Shown here: one piece after another, positions 1 to 12,800 of the stretch
How positions within the stretch are numbered: position 1 is the first letter of the stretch
Layout of the letters: each line of letters begins with the position of its first letter
NCBI GenBank assembly: GCA_964368275.1
Contig: CAYJAQ010000005.1
Span: 1 to 39,825 of the forward strand
Reading direction: 5' to 3'
Source: an uncultured Staphylococcaceae bacterium
Lineage (GTDB): Bacteria; Bacillota_I; Bacilli_A; ML615J-28; CAG-313
Length of the DNA: 39,825 nt
Position numbers and translations under genes: made by a program
Notes under the pieces: model-generated
Database searches by the model: none
Told to the model about the DNA's origin: nothing
What the model saw: only the letters and a program-made list of their open reading frames with translations

Positions 1-24
1 AAGATGAATACCACTATTCATCTT
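1..24. terminator. Intrinsic terminator hairpin downstream of the ABC transporter pair (possibly bidirectional)
   Basis: Perfect 10-bp inverted repeat AAGATGAATA-ccac-TATTCATCTT just past the stop at 32. The minus-strand U-tract would fall outside the window; a T-rich tract follows on the plus strand. Confidence 0.6.
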
Positions 25-31
25 CTTGTTT

Positions 32-1864
32 TTAAATCTCACTAATAAGTTGTGATTCAAGTTCTTGTAAAAATTGATTCTTATATAATTCAAAATAGTA
101 ACCACGATTAGCTAATAACTCTTTGTGTGTTCCTTGCTCTAAAATAACACCATCTTTTAAGACTATTATTTTATCAGCATTAACTACCGTTGATAACCGA
201 TGGGCAACAACTAAACTAGTTCTTTGCTTCATTACCGTATCGATTGCTGAAAGAATGACTTTTTCATTTTCACTATCAATTGATGATGTTGCTTCATCTA
301 GAACTAAAATAGCTGGGTCAGCAACAACCGCACGGGCAAATGAAATTAATTGTTTTTCACCAACAGAGAGTTTACTACCACCTTCACCAACTAATGTATC
401 ATAGCCTTTATCGAGTTTTACAATAAAATCATGGGCATTAGCAAGTTTTGCAGCTTTAATAATTTCCTCTTCGGTTGCATCTAATTTACCAAAACGAATG
501 TTATCAGCGATACTACCACTAAATAATTGAGGTGCTTGTAAAACATAACCTAAGTTTGCATGTAACCAAGAGATAGAACGTTCTTTGTAAGACAAGCCAT
601 CAATCAGAATTTCCCCTTCGGTTGGTTCATAAAAACGCGAAATTAGATTAACAATTGTACTCTTACCACTACCGGTTTCACCAACAAAAGCAATCATTTG
701 ACCAGCTTTAATATCTAAATCAAAGTCTTTCAAAACATATTGCTCAGTACCTTTATATTTAAAGGATACATTTTTAAAGTTAATGTCACCCCGAATCTTT
801 TCCCAATTTTCGATTTTGTGGTTATAGATGTCACCATATTTTTCAACTACTTCTGGTGTATCTTTAATATCTGATTCGGTTTCAATTAAAGCAATGACTC
901 TTTCGGCTGATGCTTGTGCTTGTTGGAAGTCCGCGAGAACCCGAGCAATCTGCATAACTGGGTCAAAGAAATTAATTGAGTAATTAATGAAGAGGTATAA
1001 AGTAGCTACAGTTAAGCCGCCCTTTAATACCATGTCACCACCGACGCCACTAACAATTGAAACACCAACATAACCAAGAGCTAAGATAGTTGGCCAAAAT
1101 AATGAAGACCAAACCGCTGCTTTAATTGAGCGATGACGCATCTTGTTATTTAAGAGTCTAAATTCATGCGCATTATCATCTTCTAAAACAAGGGTCTTGG
1201 TGGTATTAGCCCCCATGAAACCTTCGTTATAAGAAGCAGTAATGCTTGAATTAATCTTCCGAACATCACGATATTCTTTAAGAATCTTTCGGCGATACAA
1301 TATGGCAATCACCATAAAGACTGGTAATAACGCTAGCAGAATTAATGCTAAACGCCAATTAACAAAGAATGAAACAACTAAAATACCAAACATTACCGCG
1401 ATACCCCACACGAGGTCAATTAAGCCCCATGAGATGATTGATGATAATTTCCTAGCATCAGAAGTCATTCTTGCCATTATCCAACCAGATTGAGTTGTAT
1501 CAAAGTATGAGAATGATAATTGTTGTAAACGATCGAATGCTTGCATTCTAATCTCATATGTAGTTGCTTCTTCGACAATAACAGCAGAACGGATAAACAT
1601 CCAAACGTTAAAACCGGTGAGTACAGCAACTAATGCATAAAGTCCAAAGACAATATACATATTGCTAAAATCAGGTGTTTCCCCAAAGAATGTCTCAAGG
1701 GCATACCGATTTAAAAGCGGATAGCAAATGTCAACACACGCAGTTAAAGTGATTGACAAAAGCATTAAAACAATGGCTTTTTTTGATCTTAAAATTATCT
1801 TAAAAATCTTTTTCCAAGTACTAAACTTAAACTTCTCGACGACTAATTCTTCATCTTCATGCAT
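32..1864 (-). CDS. ABC exporter, fused permease/ATPase (MdlB/YheH-like subunit of a heterodimer)
   Basis: Multi-TM N-terminal domain, Walker A GETGSGKS, degenerate signature LSVGEKQ, Walker B LVLDEATS and H-loop AHR. Start moved from 1882 to ATG 1864 (MHEDEE), which follows a GGAGGTG RBS and overlaps the upstream stop. Confidence 0.93.
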   Translation of the reverse strand: MHEDEELVVEKFKFSTWKKIFKIILRSKKAIVLMLLSITLTACVDICYPLLNRYALETFFGETPDFSNMYIVFGLYALVAVLTGFNVWMFIRSAVIVEEATTYEIRMQAFDRLQQLSFSYFDTTQSGWIMARMTSDARKLSSIISWGLIDLVWGIAVMFGILVVSFFVNWRLALILLALLPVFMVIAILYRRKILKEYRDVRKINSSITASYNEGFMGANTTKTLVLEDDNAHEFRLLNNKMRHRSIKAAVWSSLFWPTILALGYVGVSIVSGVGGDMVLKGGLTVATLYLFINYSINFFDPVMQIARVLADFQQAQASAERVIALIETESDIKDTPEVVEKYGDIYNHKIENWEKIRGDINFKNVSFKYKGTEQYVLKDFDLDIKAGQMIAFVGETGSGKSTIVNLISRFYEPTEGEILIDGLSYKERSISWLHANLGYVLQAPQLFSGSIADNIRFGKLDATEEEIIKAAKLANAHDFIVKLDKGYDTLVGEGGSKLSVGEKQLISFARAVVADPAILVLDEATSSIDSENEKVILSAIDTVMKQRTSLVVAHRLSTVVNADKIIVLKDGVILEQGTHKELLANRGYYFELYKNQFLQELESQLISEI

Positions 1865-3698
1865 TGTTGGCACCTCCTTCACTTAACATTTTTAAGAATT
1901 CGGTTTCCAAATTTCCTTGAATATCCCAAAGCTTTTGATATAAACCTGGTTTATTAGCAAGATCATCATGCGTACCAATTTCGGAAATTAATCCGTCTTC
2001 AATTACGACAATCAAGTCAGCTTGTTTCGCTGTGGTAATACGATGAGTAATGATTAGCATTGTTGATGCGTGTTCACGTTCTTTTAATGCACGTCTAACC
2101 ATTAAATCTGTTTCGGTGTCAAGAGCACTTAAGGAATCATCAAAAATGACAATTGGTTTTTCTTTCAAAAGCATTCTAGCAATTGCCACTCTTTGCTTTT
2201 GACCACCCGAAAGGGTAGCTCCTTTTTCACCAACCACTGTATCATAGCCTTTTTCAAAACCACTGATGTCATGTTCTATTGCTGATATCCGAGCAGCTTT
2301 ACGAACTTTATCAGGTTCAATGCTCTTATCGGTAATCGCAATGTTTTCATAAACTGTTCGTGAGAACAAGAATGGATCTTGTAATACTAAACCAACATTT
2401 TGACGTAAGTACTTCTTGTCGATGTCTTTGATATTCACACCATCCAGTAAGATTTCGCCATCATTGTACTCGCTTAAGCGTGTTAATAGTTTGGCAATAG
2501 TACTCTTACCTGATCCCGTTTTACCAACAATTGCCACTGTTTGGCCAGCTTTTACCTTAAAACTAATGCCTTTTAGTAATTGATTAGTGGTATCATCAAA
2601 TTTGAAAGTAACATCTTTAAATTCAATTTCACCCGTAATAACCGGTCTTTCAGTACCATCAACTTCATATTCACTATTCTCTGAGAGGACTTCATAAATA
2701 CGACCAGCCGATACCGCACATTTACCCATATCACCAATGATACGACCTAAACCACGAACGGGCCAAATATATGAGCCAACTAAAGCCATGATGGCTGTTA
2801 CACCAGCTAGACTAATTGAGGATGGATTGTTACTAACAATACTAATCGCAACTACCATTGTCAACATATATTGAACCATGGTGGTAGCATCACTGAATCC
2901 CCAGTAAACAGATGACACTTTATTTAAACGTAAGTTTTGATCAGCATAATCTTTATTCTGAACAGCGAAACGATCAAGTTCATGTTTTTCATTAGCAAAA
3001 GCTTTAACAACGCGCACACCAGCAATATTTTCTTGCATGATTGTCATTAATTTTGCTTCTGATTCTTCAATCTTTTCATACTTGCGTTGAACATAACGAC
3101 AGAAAATAAACGAACTTGTAAAAGCAACTGGCACAATAACTAGTGAAACTAATGTTAAACTAACATGAATTTGAGCCATTTGGTAAATTGCAAAAATGAT
3201 GACGCCTAATACCGAGAATATTTCTGGCATTTGACGACTTAGGAAATTTTTAACCATATCGATGTCCGATGTACACCGTTGAATCAAATCACCCGTATCT
3301 GCTCCATTATGGTAGGAATACGGTAGTGTTTGAATGTGTTCATATAAACTACGACGAATATTATGAGCAATTCTTTCACCTAAATAGGAACGGAAAATAC
3401 CTGTTACTACTTTCAAAAGAGCTCTGAGGATTTGATAAATACATAATCCAGCAGCTGCGTAAATTACCACTCTTAATACATCAGTACCGCCTAAAGCAAA
3501 TATATTCATTAGCCAAGCCGGCAAGTTAGCATCACCTATACCTGTCTCAAGAGCGGAAATAATATATTGAATAAACAAAGGTACATATGTGTAACCAGCT
3601 GAGTCCACAAATGCCAATGTGATACTAATGATAATTAATGGTAAGTAATGAAAAAACAATTTAAAAATGTATTTATATCCTCTTTTCGACATACTCAT
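1857..3698 (-). CDS. ABC exporter, fused permease/ATPase (MdlA/YheI-like subunit of a heterodimer)
   Basis: TM domain, Walker A GKTGSGKS, signature LSGGQKQ and Walker B IFDDSLS (catalytic E replaced by D). Start set at ATG 3698 after AAAGGAGGTG. Confidence 0.93.
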   Translation of the reverse strand: MSMSKRGYKYIFKLFFHYLPLIIISITLAFVDSAGYTYVPLFIQYIISALETGIGDANLPAWLMNIFALGGTDVLRVVIYAAAGLCIYQILRALLKVVTGIFRSYLGERIAHNIRRSLYEHIQTLPYSYHNGADTGDLIQRCTSDIDMVKNFLSRQMPEIFSVLGVIIFAIYQMAQIHVSLTLVSLVIVPVAFTSSFIFCRYVQRKYEKIEESEAKLMTIMQENIAGVRVVKAFANEKHELDRFAVQNKDYADQNLRLNKVSSVYWGFSDATTMVQYMLTMVVAISIVSNNPSSISLAGVTAIMALVGSYIWPVRGLGRIIGDMGKCAVSAGRIYEVLSENSEYEVDGTERPVITGEIEFKDVTFKFDDTTNQLLKGISFKVKAGQTVAIVGKTGSGKSTIAKLLTRLSEYNDGEILLDGVNIKDIDKKYLRQNVGLVLQDPFLFSRTVYENIAITDKSIEPDKVRKAARISAIEHDISGFEKGYDTVVGEKGATLSGGQKQRVAIARMLLKEKPIVIFDDSLSALDTETDLMVRRALKEREHASTMLIITHRITTAKQADLIVVIEDGLISEIGTHDDLANKPGLYQKLWDIQGNLETEFLKMLSEGGANNA

Positions 3699-3724
3699 AG
3701 ATAACACCTCCTTTTCATTTGAAT

Positions 3725-3753
3725 ATTATACCATAATGGACCAAAAATGGCAA
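3725..3753 (-). promoter_or_regulatory. Sigma-A type promoter of the ABC exporter operon
   Basis: Minus strand reads TTGCCA (3753-3748), a 17-bp spacer ending in TGG (extended -10), then TATAAT (3730-3725). Confidence 0.8.
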
Positions 3754-3786
3754 GTGAAAGGCTAGAAAATCAACTAACGGGTGCGT

Positions 3787-3815
3787 AAGAAAAGCCCCAA
3801 GTAACCCTGGGGCTT
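3787..3815 (-). terminator. Rho-independent terminator of operon B
   Basis: Minus strand AAGCCCCAGG-gtta-CTTGGGGCTT followed by TTCTT, directly after the stop of the giant gene at 3820. Confidence 0.85.
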
Positions 3816-3819
3816 AGTT

Positions 3820-6800
3820 TTATGCAGGAACATATTCCGTTAATTTAGATTCGAAGTGTTGTCCCCAATCAATTGTTACAGCAGCAGATTTCTCAATTTT
3901 AATGTACAAATCGATAACCTGTGAGGTAATGGAATTAAGAATATCCAAGTCTTCACCAGCTACACCATTATCTACATAGGCACCCTTTTTGAAAGCTTCA
4001 AATGAGAAGGTGAAACCGTCTGGTAAATCAAAATCAATTTCATAACGGCCTGATGTATTGGTTCGATATTTCGTAATCGTAAATACCCTGGTTGCACTAT
4101 CGTAATAAACGAAGGCTCCCATCATGTTATTGAATTGATCATAAACTGTTGGATTTTCTTCCGTTGCTTGGAAATTACTTAATAGTAAGAATAAATAACG
4201 GTTATACACAGTATTTGTGAAATTTGCTTGATCAGCGGCACTCATGGTGTCGTCTAACTCAATGAAAACATTGATGATAACATTGTTAGTAATATCTTGT
4301 ACTGATATTTTGAAGTCAGTATAGTGTAAAACATTAACATTATTAGGATCAAATGCTTCTGAATAAACACGATAATTCGCATAGTTAAACTCTTCATTAA
4401 TACCAGCAACACCACTAACTTCTTTCATATTCGAGAAGTCAAATAGTAAACCAATGTTTGCGGTGTTACTTGTACCAGCATAATCGGAAACTGTGTAGAC
4501 AATACCATTATATGTGAATGTCGACACATCAACACCTGTTGCAATAACAGTACCATCATTAGTAACAATACTTGTGCCAGCTTCATTCACTAAGAATACT
4601 TCAGCTTCTGTTACCGGTGTACCACTTGTATTATTTGTATACTCATACATAACTCGGCGATAAACCACGTTATTAATTGTAGTTGTTAAGTAAATGTAAC
4701 TATCTTCAGGCAAAGTAAAGGTTGGTGAGTACTCTGAAATAGCTGTTCTATCAACTAGACCAATAATGTAAATTTCATCTTGCTTATTAATATCTTGGTC
4801 ATATTCATTATAGAAGATTTTACTTGGCAAACTGATGATTCGCCGTTCACCATTTAGATTGGCAACTAATGTGTTATAGTCAACATAGCCAGCAACTGGT
4901 GTTGCAGGATCGGTAAATACCGCAACCGTTGTTGGTGAGGCAATGGTATCTAGTGCCGTAACAACGGTATCAGATACAAAGGAAATTGCTTCTAAATAAC
5001 TATCTAAGTTCTTGTCCTTGGTGATATAAATAGCATCAAAGTCATAAGTCCAACTGATATTATCACCAGCAGTGAATTCATTACTATTTTGGTAAGTAAC
5101 AGCGAACTGATAAGTTGCACTAGGTGCAGTTGCCATAAAGTCAATCATTACATGATCACCTTCGGTAACCGTTGTAACAAATGCTAAAGTCTTTAAAGCA
5201 GCAATGCGTCTTGTTAACTTTTCAGCATCACTCAAAGCATCAATTGCTTGAAGTGTCATACCATCAAAAGCAACCCTATCAATTTCTTCCATGTAGTCTT
5301 CATTAAGTGTATTAAGAATTGCTTCTGCATTAGTTAATTCAATGCTTAAGTATTGACTATCGCCTTCAAAATAGAAATTATTCATATCATAGTAAACACT
5401 ATATGAAGGACTGCTATACTTAGCAAAACTATAATCAAAGACATTTGGGGTAGTCGTATTACTATCAAAGATTGTACGACCATCTTCATAAGTTGATGTC
5501 AAATCACCAGTTAGTGTTGCTTCTTTTAAGTAATAAGTAAACAGTTTTGTCGTGCCATTTTCAGCCGTAACAGTAATCGGAACAGCATAAGTAATGTAAC
5601 CATCTGTCCGTGTCCAACTAACATTACCAACTGTGTAACCTTGAGCGCGTGGTGATATTGTAATATCTAGCATCGTACCAAGCGTTGTTGTAATCTGATA
5701 TTTAGAATCAGCGCTAACTATAGCGTAATCATCAAACTCTTGTAGTAAGGAAGCCGTAATGGTTTGGCCATATTCAACAGTTGACGGACTATTAACATTG
5801 CTATTTAAGCGGTCAACATTATCGAAGCTTGAGCTATTGTATGAAATGAATAATACATCAGCTGCACTACTGCTTTCTTTTTGGAAAATAGTATAATACT
5901 TAGTTTCCGCATTAACGATAAATTCAAGCATATAAATGCCACCTGGAAGTTGATCATTAAAAGCAACATCATATGTTAATTCCCCAATTGCTTGACGAGC
6001 AACTACATTGCCATTCATGATAACCCAAGAACCATTATATTCACCTGTACCAATGTAATAGCGGGCATCTTCTTCCATATTAACAATACCATTATTACTT
6101 GTTGCATCATCTAGATGCCAAAGTTCATTGCTAACCGGTGTACAGTAATCAAGAATATTCGTAAAGTTAGTAGGATAAGTGTTATTATTACTATATGAGT
6201 AAAGCTTTAATGCACCAGCCATGTCAGTACCACCAGGAATGTTGTATGTGTTATATGAAACAGCAATCTTACCTGCTTCTGCATGAACATAAGGAGCACT
6301 AGCACCAGCATATGTTAGTAAAGCATTTCTATCAATTATTGAGTAGTTAGTACCAACAACTAATTGTGTTGCTCCATTAATAACGATACTATTCAAACTA
6401 TCAACTGATTTTGGAGCTGTTACATGAATACGTACAGTATATTCTTGAGTAACTGTCGTATCTTCAGCTTGAACCACAAAGTCTTGTGTGATTATATCAC
6501 CAACGCTATATGTTTCAGTTGTTCCATTAATAACGATAGCCGGAGTTGTGTTGAAACTAGCCCTGAAGGCAAGTTCATAACTGCCATCACTCGTATTAAT
6601 GTATAAGTAATCTTGCTTCAATTCATCAGCATTACTTGGAATATAGAAATCAATCACACTATTTTCAATGTCATAATCAGTATCAATATCATTAGTAACA
6701 ACCAAATCAGGATTAGTGACATCATCAACAAGCTCAATTTTGAAGACAACAGTTGAAATAGATTTCTTCAATTGCTTCATCATGTAGAATACCTTATAGT

Positions 6801-9800
6801 TAACTTTGTCAGTATCTGTCATCAAATAAGCATTTGGATCTTCTAACGTACCACCACGCCAAGTAGGGTCGTTATATTCATTTGCTCCATCAATCTCATA
6901 TGGGTCTAGATTAATTAAGTTAATATTATCAGGAATAAACATACCATTTTGAATACCATATGAACTAGCTAAAGCATAAATACCAACATAGTCAGTAAAC
7001 TGTGATTGATCAAGATTAGCTTTAGTAGCAACTGCATTCAATAAGTTCTCATAATCATTACTATCTAGATTAACACCATAATACGTATTCATAACATAGC
7101 GCAGTAACGTTGCATCATGACTTGCATAAGCACCAATCAAAGCAATCTTGTCTTCCCGAGTAAGTGTCAAACTATTAATAAGCGTATCTAAGTAAGTACG
7201 ATTACCAGTAGGTGCAATTAAAGCATTAAAGTACAATAGTACATCACTATTTTCTAATAATCCATTAGCTTTAAATGTTGATAGCATATCTTCAAAATAA
7301 TCTAAATCATTAGAAGCAGCTCTCATAATCACTTCTTTTTTCTCAGTATCAGTATCAGCAATCGTACTTAATTGTTCCTTATAACATATTGCTGCGGCCG
7401 AGTCAGAATTACCAGTAATCGCTGTTATATAAGCCATCTTTTCAGTGGCAGTCAAACCACTCGCAATCTGATTCATAACCGTTACATAATATGTACTGTT
7501 AGAAGCAGCGGTAGCAGTGATTATTGATCTTTCGTCTAGATAAGTATCTAAGACACCAGTGAAATAAGTAGCAGCTGCCGGATATGTTCTAATTAAGTAT
7601 AGAACCATACTTAATTTATCTGCAGCACTTAAATCAGCGACAGAACTACTAAAATGTGCTTTAGTAAGGGTTGCACTGCTGTAATAATAATCAGCAAGAA
7701 CTGCATCAGTAATAGCCCGATCAGTAGCAGAAAGAGTATTATAGTTAGTCATCATTCTAGTCATTATTGTTGCTTTTGAGCTATCACTTATGGCACTAAG
7801 TACCGTTAAATCACTATAAGGAGTACCTTGAGTGTTTGGTACGCGTACATATGTACCATATGTAGGACTCTGATAATATGTTCCGTTAAGAGTGTAATAT
7901 ACATAAGAAATAACACTTGAAGATACATCTTTTTGAAAATTAGGTGTATACCAAGTACTTGTCACGGGTTGCATACGATTCGAATTCCAACGATATCGAT
8001 CTAAAGCACTTGTATTACACCAAGTGAAAGTAGCTAGTGTTTTGTTGGCAATAGTTGCGCCGGAAGTATTAGTATACTTACCAGTATACACCTCTGCTCC
8101 AGTGCTATTATAATTATCATTTACAACACTCCCACGAGTGCTATCAATTAATTGTCCTTGACCCTCTACTTCAGATGCGTATTGAGTATTAATAGTCACC
8201 GCATCAGCTGGAATGTATACATAGCCCTCTGCTTCTATACCACTCATCAAGATGTTAAATACATCAGGATGATTAGTTTTAAGATTATTATATAGAGCTG
8301 CTCTTGTTGCGTCAGTTGTCGTAGCAGCAGTATAAATATTTGTAATATTAGCTGTAGTATTATAACGATTAGATAACACTTCTGTTTTACCATTACTTGA
8401 TAAACCAAAGTTGTTCTTATCATTATTAACTGTTGTATTAGTTATTGTTGTAATGTTAGTTAATAAATAATTTAGAACAGTTGTTAAGTTAGCATTACTT
8501 AATCCTGCCGCAGCTGAAGCTAAGAAATTAGCATCAGGAGTAGCTACCCCACTAGCCGCATTATACAAGCTAGTAATAACAGCACTGTCAACATTGGCTA
8601 ATAAAGTATTAAATAGGGAATTGTGATCATATGTAGCAGATGCTAATGCCTCAACAATATATGTGTTTTCACAAAGAGTTGTAAAGAGCGTATCACGATC
8701 AGTAGCAGATAAAGCGTTTAAGTATGCAGCTACATTAGTTGAAACTTCTTCTGCTGGCTGAGTAGCAATATAGTTTGCTAGATATGTCGGATTGTTTATA
8801 AGTGTATTAAATAAAGTAGCGTAAATAGGATTAGCAGCTGGAACATTTCTTAATGCTTGTACGATTACCTCGTATAAAGCATCACTTGAGCCAAACAAAC
8901 TAGTTGGTGTTGCGCCAGACGCATTGATAATATTTATTAAGACATTGTAGATAGCATCATCATTAGGGTGATTTGCCATTAGCTCACTTAATAATGACAC
9001 TAATGCATTATAATCTGCATGCAATGATGTCTTTGCACTATTAAATGATGAATGGCTAAGCACCGCATTATAAATAGTGTTGATTTGCGTGTCATTTGAA
9101 TCATTCAAATATGCAACAACAACTTTATCAAGAGCTTCGGCATTTTCTAATAATGCGCTAACGGCATTCTCATAAATATTAGCACTTAGGTTAATCTTAT
9201 CAATTAAGTACTCATTAACTTTACTGTAAGGTACAAATTGAATGTAGTCGGCAATAAAGTTATCAGTATTATTTGGGTCAGCAAGCGTTTGATCAGTTAC
9301 CACATTACCATTTACATCAAGTAAAGCAGGGGCAGAACGCAGTGTATAATTAGTATTGAAGATACCACCATTGTAAGCTTTTGAATAAGTATCAGCAACC
9401 GTTGTATCTCCAACTTCAGTACTCTTGTAATAGGCTTTAATACCATAAGTGGTACCATTGGCTTGCCAAGTTGATTCATCACAATTGCCAAATGGGTATG
9501 GTGATGAATCGATATTTTTAGTAGTTGCCATGTATCTAAAGGCATTAGTAACAGCTGTGTAGTCACCTGCATTCATGTTAGTTTCAAAGTTTGTGTAAGA
9601 ATTGGTATCATTCATACCATGAAAAAAGGCAGTTCTACCAACCATATTAGCATCATCGTAGAAATTAACAAGGTTTTTGATATTTAAACAGTTAAATACA
9701 ACTGATGTTCGGTACGTGGCATTATTATATCCGGCACTTCGTGCCATCCCGATTAAGGCTCCTGTTGGGTATGTTCTGTTATATGGAAGTGCAGTAATAT

Positions 9801-12800
9801 TGTCAGTTGTTCCAGCAATTAAGTTATTAACAACTTCATCACCAAATTCAAATCTCGCAATTGCTCCATAGTTAATGGCATTGGCAATGTACACTTTAGT
9901 TCCATTAGCAGTTTCAATAGTGGAGCCAGCTATCATACGTGAGAAGAATACATAGCCATACATTCCACCTGCAACTTTGTTAGACATTATTTTACCATAG
10001 TTAATAACGTCGACAATGGTACAAACCCCTAAGCAAACGAAACCAGCTGCTTTACAGTCTGGTTCATCACCAGTTAAAGCGTCATTTTGATTGGTACGTG
10101 GGTTGTAAGCATAGATATCACCATAATTAATACAATATTCAATTCTTTGTTCGTTTGGATTAACATTTAAAGTAGTGTCATTTTCAATTGTCGGACCACT
10201 TTCGCAGCGCTCATTACGAACAACAAAACCGCCCGCGTTAATCCAACCACCAGTTGAAGTTGTGGCACTTATGATAGTACCATTATTAGCCGAGTCAATG
10301 ATATTGGCTCTAGTATAAAGGGTACCATTTTCATTTAATGGGTCATTTTGCATGATGAAACAGAAACCACCTGTTTCAACCTCAAATTCACCTCCATATG
10401 AACCATATGTAGCACTTGGTGCATAAACATAGTTAATGTTACTTATGTCACCAAGATTATAACTTGATGAAATGGTTGAACAGTTAAAGCAAGTTATACC
10501 GCCGATTCTCGATTGGCCATAGAAGTATCCAGACTTTCCAGCCTCATTTGTTACACGGATGTCACCATTGTTAATACTATTATGAAGACTTCCAACATAG
10601 CCAGATGATAACATCAAACCTTCATCCGTAACAGAATCATCATTACCAACGTTTTTATAACAAATACCAGCTACATACAAACTAAAGACAACCATTAAAT
10701 CATTTTGGGTAGTCGCTGTGGATGAAATAGTAATATCACCACCATTGTAAACATTAGTAGCACGGCAATCAAGGTTGATTTCTTCTAAACAGCCAAATAG
10801 CTTAATTTTCTTATCATCACCATAATAATTTTGATACGCATTAATTAAGGTGCTAGCAGATGCAACCGAGAATAATAGATTGATGTCACCATCATTACGC
10901 AAGTTATCAACAGAGAAATTTCGACCATTTAAATTACCTGATAATTGTAAAGTATAGAATAAAACTGTTTTATTAGTTATATAGCTAATATTACGATAAT
11001 TGTAACCCCGTTTTACATCAATGTGTGTTTCAATTGTTGGGGTATCAAAATGGAAGGTCTGAGAACTTGCCAATAATTGGTTAGTTTCAACATACATAGT
11101 ACTGTTAATTTTGGTTACTTTGTTATCAGAATTGACACACGGAGCATATTCATCAAGCATCGAAACGTCAATCTCTTGAGCACCATTTGTTGGTTTAGTA
11201 TCTTCGACAAAGACAAACTTAGCTCGTTCTTCAATACTTAATGCTAGATATTGTGCTTTATCAAGGATGGTACCTACGGTATAGACACCACCAGCTTGGG
11301 TGCAGCGATAATTTGCTGAATACTTGAAGTTTAAGGTATATAAACCCGTAAAATCAAGTTGTGTTAAATAGGAGTAGACTAAACCTGCTGCGCGAATGTC
11401 AATACCATTCGTAATAGTACTATCAGGAGCAAGTTCTAGTTTTGCTGTTTGTTTAGAAGCCGATAATTGGTTTTCAATGTAAAGTGTTCCACTACTAGAA
11501 ACACTTGAGAAACTAAACACATTAACAGCATCTACGGCCGCTTGAATAGCAGCGGGAGTTGTTTCTGATGATGTCACATCATATGGCATAGCAACAGTTG
11601 AAATGACATTCATAACACCAGAAATGTAGGTGCGATAATTATTATCATTAACATAGTAATATAAATCAGCATTGTTAAGATATAAACCATTAGTACCTGT
11701 TGCATTTTGTAATAAACCAATAACACCACCCATGTAAATTCTACCATAGTAATAAGCATTAGCTTCGTTATAAGATTTATTAGCTAAGGTAACGCCAACA
11801 TAAATGTTACCATTGTTTTGTAATTCATATGAACTGTTCGATAGGGCATAACCAATAACACCACCAACATATTGATGAATGTTTGTAGTTGTGCGATAGC
11901 GAATTGCTTCAATCTCGACAGCACTTAAGCAGTTAGAGATTTCATTACAGTTATTGTTGTAGCCTAAGATACCACCGATTGCTGAAGGTGTTAAGTTAGT
12001 AGTAACACTTTGTAAGCTACCAATAATCTTACCACTAGCTGTTGAATTTCTTATGATACCTCTTTCGGAGTATCCCGCAATACCACCAGCGTAAACAGTT
12101 CCCATGTAGTTGTCAGTACTACCAGAATTAATGTTAATTGTTCCTTCGACATTGACATTGTCAATTGTACCACCGATTAAATCACCACATAAGATTCCGA
12201 AGTTAGTAATTTCGGAGAAACTATTTGCGCCATAACCTACTAAATCTTGAGGAATGATATTAACATTGTAAATATTTAAGTTTTGAATAGTTCCACCTAA
12301 GGCCCCGAATAGACCATAGTTGTGGTAACCATTATATGAGATACCTTCATAGATGTTTAGATTTATGATAGCGGAATTTGTTGAGGTATTACCATCAGCA
12401 AACACTACGCTAAGAGCGTCCACATTATCTTGGACACTGCCATCAAGGGTGCCTTGGAAGATATTGTTGGATAGAAGGAATGCTCCGTCAGAAACCATTG
12501 CCATATCGCAGGTATCAGTTATTAAATAATTTGCTATTCTAAAAGGAGAATATTGTAAAACGTTTGAAAAATAAATTAATTTTGGTGCTGAATTAATAAC
12601 AAAATAATTCTTATTGTTATGAATACGCACATCAAATCCTAATAAGTTAGGATAAACTAAATGTAAATAACTATTGTAGTTAGTTGATCCAGTTTCACTT
12701 GTATATGTTGCATTGGTATACCAGTTATTATCAACATTAAAATTAGTAAGATTTTGGAAGTCAGTAGTTTGTAATGGTGTAATACCATCATAACGCATAT

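Noticed and set aside
32-3698. ABC exporter pair as the secretion route for the giant proteins
   Set aside because: It is separated from operon B by a terminator and has its own promoter. It is an ordinary heterodimeric exporter with one degenerate site, and the giant proteins carry N-terminal Sec-type signals.
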